Shown here: piece by piece, positions 9,598 to 18,450 of the stretch
Numbering within the stretch: the stretch's first letter is position 1
Layout: each line of letters starts with the position of its first letter
Assembly (NCBI GenBank): GCA_009781425.1
Contig: WQYC01000006.1
Location: 7,796-71,795, forward strand
Length of the DNA: 64,000 nucleotides
Source of the DNA: Oscillospiraceae bacterium
Lineage (GTDB): Bacteria > Bacillota > Clostridia > Oscillospirales > Ruminococcaceae
Direction of reading: 5' to 3'
Notes under the pieces: generated by a model
Told to the model about the DNA's origin: nothing
Seen by the model: only the letters and a program-made list of their open reading frames with translations
Database searches by the model: none
Translations under genes and position numbers: made by a program

Positions 9598-11310
9598 TTA
9601 ATAATTGTCCGGTAAGTCATTTTCTAACAGAATTACTTTCTGCTCCGAATCAATTTTATAAACGAATTCAAGCCCCTCATTTAACGTTTTAAAGACGTGA
9701 ATTTTCTCATCAGGGAAGTTGTTTTCAAGCAGTCCCGCTTTAATCGGAACAGCCTGCTTTTCCCCGATTAAAACTGCATAATCACAGCACTCGCCTGCAT
9801 GAAAACCGAAGCTTTTATTAAGCTCGAATTCCTTTTCGCCGAGCTCAACCATGCCGGGTGTGACTAAGATTCGCAGTCCGTTAAAAGCCTTCAAAACATC
9901 TAAAGCAGAGCTCGCACCGACAGGATTTGAATTGAACGCGTCGTCGATAATTATGTCTGTGCCTTTGTTTATAATTTGCAATCTGTGCGGGACGGGTTCA
10001 AGCCTTTTCACCGGCAGAACTAAGTCTTTAAGCTCGATTCCGAGCCTGTTTGCGCAGGCGATTGCGCCTGTTATATTTTGCACATTATGCGCGCCGAGCA
10101 GACGCGTTTCAAACCTTACACCGTTCACAGTGAACGCTGTGCCTTTTTCCGAAACGCTGATGTCGGAGGCGCAGTAGTCCTTGTTTCCGGCGGTCAAGCC
10201 GTAGCGGACAATATTTTTTTCAACCTTTCGACTTGCGATATGCTCGTTGTCGTAATTCAGAAAAACCATGCCGTCATCGGTGTTTATAGCGTTTACAATC
10301 TCGAACTTTTCGTTGATTATATTGTCGAGCGTCTTCATTGTTTCAAGGTGCTGAGGCCCGATTGAGGTTAAAATTGAGTGCCTTGGCTTCACTATTTCGC
10401 AAATTTCTTTTATGTCGCCGAGCCACTTTAAGCCCATTTCGCAGATGAAAATTTCGTGCGTTGCTTTGAGGTCATTGCGAATAGTTTTCACGACGCCGAG
10501 AGTCGTATTGAAGCTTTCGGGGGTCATGAGAGTGTTGTATTTCACGCTTAATAATTTGTGAAGAAAAAACTTCGTCGAGGTCTTGCCGTAGCTGCCTGTA
10601 ATGCCGATGGTGATTAAGTTTTTATGGTTGTCTATAATCCTCTTCGCGTCGTTAATGTAGCGCAAATTATTAAGCTTTTCAATAGGCGAGTTGATGATGT
10701 TGGCGATGATGGGGAGGAGGAGGGAGAAGGGAATGAAGAGGGGAGCCAAACCAACTAACCATATCACAGAATCATTATATTGTTCAATAAAAAATGCAAC
10801 CAGAAAATAGAATCCAATAAATAACGCAGCATAGAAAATTCCCGCAGATATGCACATTCTTATAACACGCGGAGTAAAAACTAAACGCTTTTTAACTTTT
10901 ACTTTTCGTCTGCCTAAGATTAATGTAGAAGCGATTAATAATAACGCAATCCCGCCGAGAGTTTGTGCAGAATATGGCTGGGAATAGTATTCATGAACAT
11001 TAATCTCTCCCCATGTGAGGGGATTATTTATATCATCACAACCACAAGGAACATAACCTTCTTCTGCTGTTCTGTGAATCATAACAGGTTCGGCATTAAA
11101 TAATATTATGAGGGCAACTGTTGAAATTAAAGGCGCAATTGAACTTAATAAAATCCATTTTCTATTATGTCCGAACCATTTAAACTGCCCTGCGGCTTTG
11201 TAAGAATTAAGTTGAAACATATGCATTGAGCGAATAAAATAAAATGCTGAGCAAAAAAACAATATTATTAAAAGAAATATACTAACAATCATTTCAATCG
11301 CTAAATTCAT
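9598..11310 (-). CDS. murF: MurF-like Mur ligase (UDP-MurNAc-tripeptide--D-Ala-D-Ala ligase family) with an N-terminal 5-TM membrane domain
   Basis: 570 aa. The first ~210 aa form about five hydrophobic helices. Then P-loop GITGSYGKTSTK, central and C-terminal Mur ligase segments (TSIGPQHLE, DDAFNSNP, LVTPGMVELG). Confidence 0.75.
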   Translation of the reverse strand: MNLAIEMIVSIFLLIILFFCSAFYFIRSMHMFQLNSYKAAGQFKWFGHNRKWILLSSIAPLISTVALIILFNAEPVMIHRTAEEGYVPCGCDDINNPLTWGEINVHEYYSQPYSAQTLGGIALLLIASTLILGRRKVKVKKRLVFTPRVIRMCISAGIFYAALFIGFYFLVAFFIEQYNDSVIWLVGLAPLFIPFSLLLPIIANIINSPIEKLNNLRYINDAKRIIDNHKNLITIGITGSYGKTSTKFFLHKLLSVKYNTLMTPESFNTTLGVVKTIRNDLKATHEIFICEMGLKWLGDIKEICEIVKPRHSILTSIGPQHLETMKTLDNIINEKFEIVNAINTDDGMVFLNYDNEHIASRKVEKNIVRYGLTAGNKDYCASDISVSEKGTAFTVNGVRFETRLLGAHNVQNITGAIACANRLGIELKDLVLPVKRLEPVPHRLQIINKGTDIIIDDAFNSNPVGASSALDVLKAFNGLRILVTPGMVELGEKEFELNKSFGFHAGECCDYAVLIGEKQAVPIKAGLLENNFPDEKIHVFKTLNEGLEFVYKIDSEQKVILLENDLPDNY

Positions 11311-12071
11311 TTTTCTGCCCCCAAATACGAATCCAAAATTCTGCCGAACTGCTCCGGCTGGTCGAAAAAGGCGTAATGCCCTGCGTTTTTGATTACAGCC
11401 AAGCCTGCGTTAGGCATTTTCTGCTCCATTAAAAGCCCGTCAGACAGCGGCGTGCTGTCGTCGTTTTCGCCCCAAATAAGCAGAACTTCCCTGTCAACTA
11501 AGGGCAACAGAGGCGTCAAGTCCTCGTTGACGATTTTCACCAAGCACTGCCTCATCATGGGCGAAGCCGCGCGGTAGTCCGCCGAGCCGCTTCTGCTCTG
11601 CAATTTCGTGTAAAGCTTCGGGAAAGGCCTCAAGAAGACTTTTCCGAGCTTGAAAACGCCTGTTTTTATTCTACGCGGCAGGCTTTTGCGGGGTTTAATC
11701 CCCGCCGCGCCCGTAAGAACTACTTTGCCGTTAGCGGCTTCAAAGCCGCTCGCAATCAGCTTTATGATTATACGACAACCGAGACTGTGCCCGAAAAGTG
11801 TAATATCGCGCAGGTTTAGCTTAGCGCAGAACGAGCGGATTAGCTCTGCATACTCGCCGACACCCCATGCTTCAAGCGGCTCGGGGCTTTCGCCGAAGCC
11901 GGGCAGGTCGGGCGCGATTACGCGGAAGCGGCTTGACAAGCTGTCGATTAACTTACGATAAGTTTCACCTTTACAGCCCCAGCCGTGCAAAAGCAACAGG
12001 GCGGGCTTTTCGCCACCTGTATCTAAAAATTTTAACTGTACATTGTCAATTGTCAATTGTACATTGTTCAT
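11307..12071 (-). CDS. alpha/beta hydrolase
   Basis: Start set at ATG 12071 (MNNVQL...), 6 nt after AAGGGA. Has LLLLHGWG oxyanion region and GHSLGC nucleophile elbow. 4-nt overlap with the murF-like start. Confidence 0.85.
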   Translation of the reverse strand: MNNVQLTIDNVQLKFLDTGGEKPALLLLHGWGCKGETYRKLIDSLSSRFRVIAPDLPGFGESPEPLEAWGVGEYAELIRSFCAKLNLRDITLFGHSLGCRIIIKLIASGFEAANGKVVLTGAAGIKPRKSLPRRIKTGVFKLGKVFLRPFPKLYTKLQSRSGSADYRAASPMMRQCLVKIVNEDLTPLLPLVDREVLLIWGENDDSTPLSDGLLMEQKMPNAGLAVIKNAGHYAFFDQPEQFGRILDSYLGAEK

Positions 12072-12074
12072 TGT
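12040..12074 (-). repeat. 5 tandem heptamers ACAAT(G/T)N (array 1)
   Basis: Minus strand reads ACAATGA ACAATGT ACAATTG ACAATTG ACAATGT. The array covers the start codon and first 10 codons of the hydrolase gene. Confidence 0.8.
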
Positions 12075-12153
12075 TCGTCCCTTTCCAATTCTATCCAAAT
12101 AATTATAGCATTTTTAGTATATGACTGTCAAGTAAATAAAATCGCAAAAACAC

Positions 12154-12182
12154 TTGCTATTATAAGAAATATTTGGTATAAT
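12154..12182 (+). promoter_or_regulatory. sigma-A-type promoter for the receiver/kinase operon
   Basis: TTGCTA (12154-12159), 17-nt spacer, TATAAT (12177-12182). Confidence 0.45.
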
Positions 12183-12214
12183 TAAATTTAGTACTATTAA
12201 AGGGGTCTTGAAAT

Positions 12215-12631
12215 ATGGGAGTTTTATCATCGGGAAAGAGCAGTGTTCTGCTTGTTCACAGCCTTTCGGAGAAGCTTTTACTGCTGAAGGCTACGCTGTC
12301 TGACTTTTTGCGCGTCTACGCGGTGAAGTCGGGGAAGGCGGCTACGCGCTCGCTCAAAATGGTGCAGGGGATAAATTTGATTATGCTGGACTTGGAGATG
12401 CCCGATATGTCCGGCTACGAATTTTTGGACTTTTTGAAGAATTCGGGCGAATACAAGGATATTCCTGTCGTGGTGCTGACGTCAAGCCCGCAGGCAGAAA
12501 TCGCGCAAAAGCTAAAAAGCTACGCAAACGTAGCAGGTGTTATAGATTTAACGAGCAACTCGCGTGAAATCCGCGAAATGACTGCGGAATTCATCGGGAT
12601 TAAAGCTTCGGCTGACGAAAAGGGGGAATAG
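12215..12631 (+). CDS. single-domain response-regulator receiver protein (degenerate active site)
   Basis: 138 aa, CheY-like fold pattern. LIMLDLEMPDMSG keeps the phospho-Asp, but the N-terminal DD pair reads HS (VLLVHSLSE) and no K-P motif is visible. Confidence 0.75.
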   Translation: MGVLSSGKSSVLLVHSLSEKLLLLKATLSDFLRVYAVKSGKAATRSLKMVQGINLIMLDLEMPDMSGYEFLDFLKNSGEYKDIPVVVLTSSPQAEIAQKLKSYANVAGVIDLTSNSREIREMTAEFIGIKASADEKGE

Positions 12632-12634
12632 ATA

Positions 12635-15600
12635 ATGTTAAACGAAAGACAAACGAATAACAAAATAACAAGTATAATCTTGTTTATAGCGCTGATTTCG
12701 GTCGTAGTTGTCATGGCTTGCTTAACGCTGTCGACTACTCTTTCCGGAATGTCTGTAATTGACAACATCGGCGGGCGCAGAGGCGAGGTCGATTTACGCA
12801 GAATCAACAGCTTTGAATATGAAACAGGCTTGTTTTTGCTGACCGGCGAGTGGGAGTATTATCCGAATTCGCTTTTGCTTCCCGAAGACTTCGCGGCGGG
12901 GAACATTCCCGAAACGCAATATATGCAGTTCCCGCATTATTTTCGCGATGAACCCGAAAATTTCCCGAACGGCAGGGGCTACGCTACATACCGCATGAAG
13001 GTTTTAGTGCCGCCGGGCTCGGACGGCGCGGGGATTTTTAACGAGTTCCAGTACGGAGCATACAGAATCTTTCTTAACGGGCAGGAAATTTCCAAGGGCG
13101 GCGTAGTTTCGGACGCTCCGGGTGAATATTTCTTTGCGTATAACGGCGGGAGCGGTTATATATATTCGGCAGATTCGTCAGAAAGCATTTACGAAATTAT
13201 AGTGCAGGTGCAGTGCGAGGACCACATAAACGGCGGACTCAACAACAGCATCATCATGGGCGCGCCGAGCTCGGTTGAGCATTACAAAGCCTTTTTAGCG
13301 GCGTTAGTTGCAATCTCGGGCGGCGCGGTGATGGTTCTTGCGCTTTATTACTTGATTCTTTTCATTCGTAACAGAGACAAGCGCGAATATCTGAACTTTG
13401 CGATTCTTTCGCTTTGTGCTTTATATTTTACGACGACGATTATCGGCAGGGGCTACGCGTATTACTTAGCGCCGATGATAAGCAGCAGTATTCTTTACAC
13501 GCTTGAGCATATGTCGCCGATTTTAGCGGCTTATTTCGCTTCTGTTCATATTTTGAAAAGGCACGTTAAATTTAAACACACGGTTAAGCTTGCCGCAGGG
13601 TACACTATTTTTCACTGTTTGCTTTTGGCAATACTGTCGCCGTATCAGATTAGTACGATTCGTGTGTATTTGGCTGTAGCGGCGATGGGAGTTGCGTTTT
13701 TCGCGCTTGCGGTCAGTGCGAAATGCACTATTAAAGCTAAATTAGCCAAGAAAGTCGGCTATCCGATTCTTGAGCCTGCGAGCCTTTTTGTGCTTTTGTT
13801 GGCGGCGGCGGTAAACAGGCTCGGCGTCGAGGTTATAATCGGCTTTGACTTCTTCCCGATTGGCGTAATCGCGTATTGCTTTATGCATATATTTATTCTT
13901 TCGGGCTATTACAGAAAGGTTGATGAAGACCTTTACGAGCTTACAAAAACGCTTGAAAAGCGGGTCGCAGACAGGACAGCCGCGCTTGTTGAATCGAACA
14001 GGAAGGTGGAAGCCGCGGACAGCGTGAAGAGCGAGTTCCTCACTCGCATGAGCCGCGAAATCCGCACGCCGATGAATGCAATAGTAAGCATCAGCGAGCT
14101 GTTCGATACAGGAAACTTGAACGATACGCAGAGAGAATATTTCCAAAGTATAAAAGAAACCTCAAATACTATTTTGAATTTAATTAACGATATTATGGAC
14201 TTCGCGCGCATTGAAGCGGGGCGGTTAGAGATTGTGCCGTCGCATTTCAATCTCAGTGCGTTCGCTGAAAATATCAGCTCTGCCGCGAGATATTCGGCGC
14301 AGGTTAAGGGCTTAAATTATGAAAGTATAATTGAAAACGGCGTTCCCGAAGCGGTTTACGGCGATGAAGTGCGAATGAAGCAGGTGATTGCCAATGTTCT
14401 GAGCAACGCGGTTAAATACACCCGCGAGGGAAGCGTGAAGCTGAATATCCAAGTAACAGATAATAACAAAAATAAAGAAGCCGAGAAAATGCTGATGTTC
14501 ACCGTGACCGATACAGGCATGGGCATGAGCAAGGAAGAAATGCAACAGCTGTTCGACGCGTTCATGAACCCCGAGCTCGGAAAAAGAAAAGGGCTCAAGG
14601 GCACAGGTCTCGGCATGGCAATCTGCAAAAAGCTCATGGATATGCAAAACGGCGCAATCGAGTTCGACAGCACGGAGGGCAGCGGAAGCGAGGTTAAGCT
14701 TTATTTCCCGCTGACAGAGGGCGATGAAAAGCTTGTCGAGGACATAAACGTAAAAGAAAAGATTTACGCTAAAAACGCAAAGATTCTGATTGTTGAGGAT
14801 AACAGCATTAACGTAACTGTCGCGCTTGATATTTTAGCGGCGCATGATATTCGCCCCGATGTTGCCAAGGACGGCTACAAGGCTCTCAGCATGGTTAAGG
14901 AAAAGGACTACGACCTCGTGTTCATGGACCAGTTCCTGCCCGGAATGGACGGCATAGAAACTACGCAGAGAATCCGCGAGCTCGGCGGAAAATGCCGCAC
15001 GCTTCCTGTAGTTGCGATGACCTCAAACGTAGTTCACGGCGCGCGGGATATGCTGATTTTTAAAGGGCTCAGCGATTATATAGCAAAGCCCGTTGACCAC
15101 AACGCGCTCAATAATATTTTAATCCGCTGGCTCCCGCATGAAAAAATCAGCTCGGCTCTCGGCAAGTTCAATAAAGACGGAAGCGGCGAGCTGCTCAGCG
15201 GGCTTCCCGTCGAGCTTGTTGAAATTACTGAAATTAACTGCAACGCCGCGCTCAAAATCATGGACGGAAGCATTGAGATTTTCATGGGCTTACTGCGCAG
15301 ATTTACAGCGCAGGCGGACGACTATGCGGAAAACCTCAGCGAGTACCTTAAAACAGGCGATTATGTGAACTATATCATAGTTGTAAACGGCGCGAAAAGC
15401 CTGCTCTACAACATCGGAGCGAAAGCCTGCGGAGATATGGCGGCAAGGCTTGAAAAAGCGGCAACCGCTAAGGATTACGAGTTCTGCCTTGAACAAAACG
15501 AAAGATTTTGTGAGCATTTGAGATGGCTTTCGCAGAGAGTTACGCTCGCGCTTCCGCACCAGGACAGCACTACGCCCGCAGAAAACAGAGAATCGGCGGG

Positions 15601-15823
15601 CGAAATCGTAAAGCTTGCAGGAATTATGCACGACTTATCCTTCGATTATTCAATAGGCGACTGCGTTTCTATTGACAAGCGCATAGCGATTCTGAAAAGC
15701 TCGTCGTTCGGCGATGATTACAACGGAATTATTTCCGAAATCATCAGCGAAACGGAAACAATGGAATACGACAGAGCCGCAAAGCTGTGCAAGAAAATTT
15801 TAGACTCTTTAATGAATGAATAA
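12635..15823 (+). CDS. hybrid sensor histidine kinase: 7TMR-DISM extracellular domain, 7 TM, HisKA, HATPase, REC, Hpt-like
   Basis: 1062 aa. DISMED2-like N-terminus (GEWEYYPNSLLLPEDF) and about 7 TM helices. H-box region SEFLTRMSREIRTPMNAI. N/G boxes VLSNAVKYT, DTGMGM, GTGLGMAI. REC segments ILIVEDN, FMDQFLPGMDG, AMTSN, IAKP. Helical Hpt-like tail. Confidence 0.9.
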   Translation: MLNERQTNNKITSIILFIALISVVVVMACLTLSTTLSGMSVIDNIGGRRGEVDLRRINSFEYETGLFLLTGEWEYYPNSLLLPEDFAAGNIPETQYMQFPHYFRDEPENFPNGRGYATYRMKVLVPPGSDGAGIFNEFQYGAYRIFLNGQEISKGGVVSDAPGEYFFAYNGGSGYIYSADSSESIYEIIVQVQCEDHINGGLNNSIIMGAPSSVEHYKAFLAALVAISGGAVMVLALYYLILFIRNRDKREYLNFAILSLCALYFTTTIIGRGYAYYLAPMISSSILYTLEHMSPILAAYFASVHILKRHVKFKHTVKLAAGYTIFHCLLLAILSPYQISTIRVYLAVAAMGVAFFALAVSAKCTIKAKLAKKVGYPILEPASLFVLLLAAAVNRLGVEVIIGFDFFPIGVIAYCFMHIFILSGYYRKVDEDLYELTKTLEKRVADRTAALVESNRKVEAADSVKSEFLTRMSREIRTPMNAIVSISELFDTGNLNDTQREYFQSIKETSNTILNLINDIMDFARIEAGRLEIVPSHFNLSAFAENISSAARYSAQVKGLNYESIIENGVPEAVYGDEVRMKQVIANVLSNAVKYTREGSVKLNIQVTDNNKNKEAEKMLMFTVTDTGMGMSKEEMQQLFDAFMNPELGKRKGLKGTGLGMAICKKLMDMQNGAIEFDSTEGSGSEVKLYFPLTEGDEKLVEDINVKEKIYAKNAKILIVEDNSINVTVALDILAAHDIRPDVAKDGYKALSMVKEKDYDLVFMDQFLPGMDGIETTQRIRELGGKCRTLPVVAMTSNVVHGARDMLIFKGLSDYIAKPVDHNALNNILIRWLPHEKISSALGKFNKDGSGELLSGLPVELVEITEINCNAALKIMDGSIEIFMGLLRRFTAQADDYAENLSEYLKTGDYVNYIIVVNGAKSLLYNIGAKACGDMAARLEKAATAKDYEFCLEQNERFCEHLRWLSQRVTLALPHQDSTTPAENRESAGEIVKLAGIMHDLSFDYSIGDCVSIDKRIAILKSSSFGDDYNGIISEIISETETMEYDRAAKLCKKILDSLMNE

Positions 15824-15850
15824 TAATTTTTAAGCTTCAGGGAGATTTTT

Positions 15851-17161
15851 GTGGAGAATAAAGCCCATAAAGCCCGCCTTCGCGCGCATTTGTATCTGCC
15901 GTATATTGTCATGATTGGCATTTATTTCGGCTTTATATTAGTTGCGTTCGCGATAGACGAGCCGGCAGACGTAATTGACGGCTTCTTTAAAATTGTTACT
16001 TCGCGTTCAATCCTTGTCACGGACTATATAGCGGTCGGTGCGGTTAATGAGGCAAGCGGGATTGGCGCGGCACTGCTTAATGTCGCGCTCGTAGGCTTTA
16101 TGAGCGTGTTTACGCTTATGTTTTCGGGCGTAAAGCCGAACGGCGCGTCGATTATGGCGCTTTGGGTAACTGCGGGCTTCGCCTTTTTCGGCAAGAACGT
16201 CTTGAACATGATTCCGCTGACCTTCGGCGTCTGGCTGTTCGCGAAATATAAGAAAGAGCCTTTTATTAACTACTCGCTGTCCGCGCTTTTAGTTGCGACG
16301 CTTACGCCTGTTGTAAGCGAAATAGGTTTCTTCGGGACTTTTCACCGCCCTGTTGAAATAGCAACGGGAATCGCCTTCGGCTTTTTAATCGGTTTTATTT
16401 TCCCTGCCGTTTCCGCGCACACAGTTAAGATTCACGCAGGCTATGACTTGTATAACATGGGTTTTGCGGGCGGGCTGATTGCGGTGATTTTCTCGACTGC
16501 GTTCCGCGGCTTCGGGCTTGAAATTCTTCCTGTTGACCTTTGGAGCAGCGGAAATAATTTTCCGCTCGCGATTCTGCTTTATTCAGTTTCTGCCGCTATG
16601 CTTCTTTTCGGGCTTTTCGCAGGAAGCATTAAAAATAATTTGATTGAGTTTAAGAAAATCTTCGCTCACCCCGGGCGCTTGGTTACCGATTATTATTTTC
16701 TGCATCAGAACAGCGTATATATAAATATGGGCGTGCTCGGCATATTTGCGACTTCCGTAACACTCGGAATCGGCGCACAGCTCAACGGTATAAGTATTGC
16801 AGGGATTTTCACTATTATCGGCTTCGGCTGTTTCGGCAAGCACTTGAAAAACGTGGTTCCCGTTATGGCAGGGGCAATAATTTCAGCGTATATTTCGGAC
16901 TATCTTGATGTTTGGGATTTCGTTTCTCCCCCGATTGTAGCGGCGATTTTGTTCTCGACTGCGCTTGCGCCGATTGCGGGGCATTACGGTTGGATTTGGG
17001 GCGCGATTGCAGGCTTTCTGCATGTGAACGTCGCAATGTTTGTAGGGGAGATGAACAGCGGGCTGAACCTGTATAACAACGGCTTCGCCGCAGGGTTTGT
17101 AGCGATGTTTCTGCTTCCGCTGATTACTACTTTTAAAAAGGAAAAGGAGAAGGAATCGTGA
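15851..17161 (+). CDS. polytopic membrane protein, DUF1576-like
   Basis: 436 aa with at least 10 predicted TM helices. GTG start 7 nt after AGGGAG. The family name is from memory of similar clostridial proteins and is unverified. Confidence 0.6.
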   Translation: MENKAHKARLRAHLYLPYIVMIGIYFGFILVAFAIDEPADVIDGFFKIVTSRSILVTDYIAVGAVNEASGIGAALLNVALVGFMSVFTLMFSGVKPNGASIMALWVTAGFAFFGKNVLNMIPLTFGVWLFAKYKKEPFINYSLSALLVATLTPVVSEIGFFGTFHRPVEIATGIAFGFLIGFIFPAVSAHTVKIHAGYDLYNMGFAGGLIAVIFSTAFRGFGLEILPVDLWSSGNNFPLAILLYSVSAAMLLFGLFAGSIKNNLIEFKKIFAHPGRLVTDYYFLHQNSVYINMGVLGIFATSVTLGIGAQLNGISIAGIFTIIGFGCFGKHLKNVVPVMAGAIISAYISDYLDVWDFVSPPIVAAILFSTALAPIAGHYGWIWGAIAGFLHVNVAMFVGEMNSGLNLYNNGFAAGFVAMFLLPLITTFKKEKEKES

Positions 17162-17499
17162 AGTTAGAGTTCGAGAAGAAAATGAAGATGGCGAGCGATT
17201 TATTATCCTATTGCCATCTGCACGGCGCGACAGAATATAACCTTGATATAAAACTGAACGACGACTCGGCGACGTTTGTTGTTAAGGCGAGCCCCGCGAA
17301 GATTTCCGACGAGGACATAGAGGAGCTCCGAAAGCACCTCGGCGCACCGCGGCAAAGGGAAGTGGAGCAGGACTACTGGGAGTTAATCGGCAATTCTGAG
17401 GAGGAGTGCGAAATGACGCTGATTGGCATGATGTGCGATGAAGCGGAGGTTGTGCTTGAGGAAGACGAGCTGACGATTACTGTTGTGCGCAATGATTAG
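17158..17499 (+). CDS. small acidic hypothetical protein
   Basis: 113 aa. GTG start overlaps the upstream stop (GTGA) and follows GGAGAAGG. Confidence 0.5.
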   Translation: MKLEFEKKMKMASDLLSYCHLHGATEYNLDIKLNDDSATFVVKASPAKISDEDIEELRKHLGAPRQREVEQDYWELIGNSEEECEMTLIGMMCDEAEVVLEEDELTITVVRND

Positions 17500-18335
17500 T
17501 TTTCGACAAGTGCTTTGACAAAATAATTATTGAAGTTTTCAAGCTCGTCGTAAATAATCCCGTGAGCGGAATTTTTAAGCGAGAACAAGGTTGAATTTCT
17601 AATTGCACTATGCTGATAATCGGTCACGGAAACAGGCACAACTGTGTCCTTCTCGCCGCGAATAATAAAAACAGGCACATTCATGCAATTAATACAATTT
17701 ATGTCGTCGTGTCCGTCCTCGTCGCGCAGAGACACGGCGGCTTTTATTGTGCCGATTCCCGAGGCGGACTGCGCTATACCCGTGAACCAGCTCTTAACCG
17801 AGCGGCTATGCGGCATCGCGAACAGCTTCTCGTCTACGAAGCCTCTGCACAGCTCGGGGCGGTCGCTGTTGGCTTTTTCAATCATCGCGTCAACGTCGCG
17901 GCTGTCAATGCCGTAAGGGAAATCAGCAGACTTGGTGAAGCGCGGCGCGGCGGCGGCAAGAAGAATTAGCTTCTTAACTTGGAAACCCTTGAAAAGCCGC
18001 ATATAACGCAGAGCGACAGCTCCCCCCATGCTGAAGCCGGCGAGCGTGACTTTTGATAACCCAAGGCATTTTATGACTGCGTGAACATCGCGCGCCATCT
18101 GGTTATAATCGTAGCCGAAGGCGGGCGCATCGCTCGCGCCGAAGCCTCGGAAGTCCACGCCGACAACGTGATAGCCGAGCTCTACCAGCAGGTTTACCTG
18201 ATACTCGAAAATAAGGTGCGAAAGCGGCCAACCGTGCAGAAGCATGACCGTACTGCCTGTACCGCACTCACGGCTGCACTCGCGGTTGTATTCAAAAACA
18301 GCGATTTTCACGCCGTTTGAATTAATATGTACCAT
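17496..18335 (-). CDS. alpha/beta hydrolase
   Basis: 279 aa with MLLHGWP and GFSMGG nucleophile elbow. Confidence 0.85.
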   Translation of the reverse strand: MVHINSNGVKIAVFEYNRECSRECGTGSTVMLLHGWPLSHLIFEYQVNLLVELGYHVVGVDFRGFGASDAPAFGYDYNQMARDVHAVIKCLGLSKVTLAGFSMGGAVALRYMRLFKGFQVKKLILLAAAAPRFTKSADFPYGIDSRDVDAMIEKANSDRPELCRGFVDEKLFAMPHSRSVKSWFTGIAQSASGIGTIKAAVSLRDEDGHDDINCINCMNVPVFIIRGEKDTVVPVSVTDYQHSAIRNSTLFSLKNSAHGIIYDELENFNNYFVKALVEN

Positions 18336-18450
18336 AAAAATTACCTCATATTTTTCGTTTTTGATACTTTATTTTATGACGCTTTGTAAATTATGGTTTA
18401 GCGAATAAAACGCGGAATTGTACGAAAAATAAAAGAAAAAGGAGTTTTTT

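Noticed and set aside
8368-12071. ddl, murF-like and hydrolase genes as a vancomycin-resistance-type (Van) cluster.
   Set aside because: No vanH, vanX/Y or vanRS equivalents are present. The ligase has ordinary Ddl-type termini. There is nothing beyond adjacency to support it.
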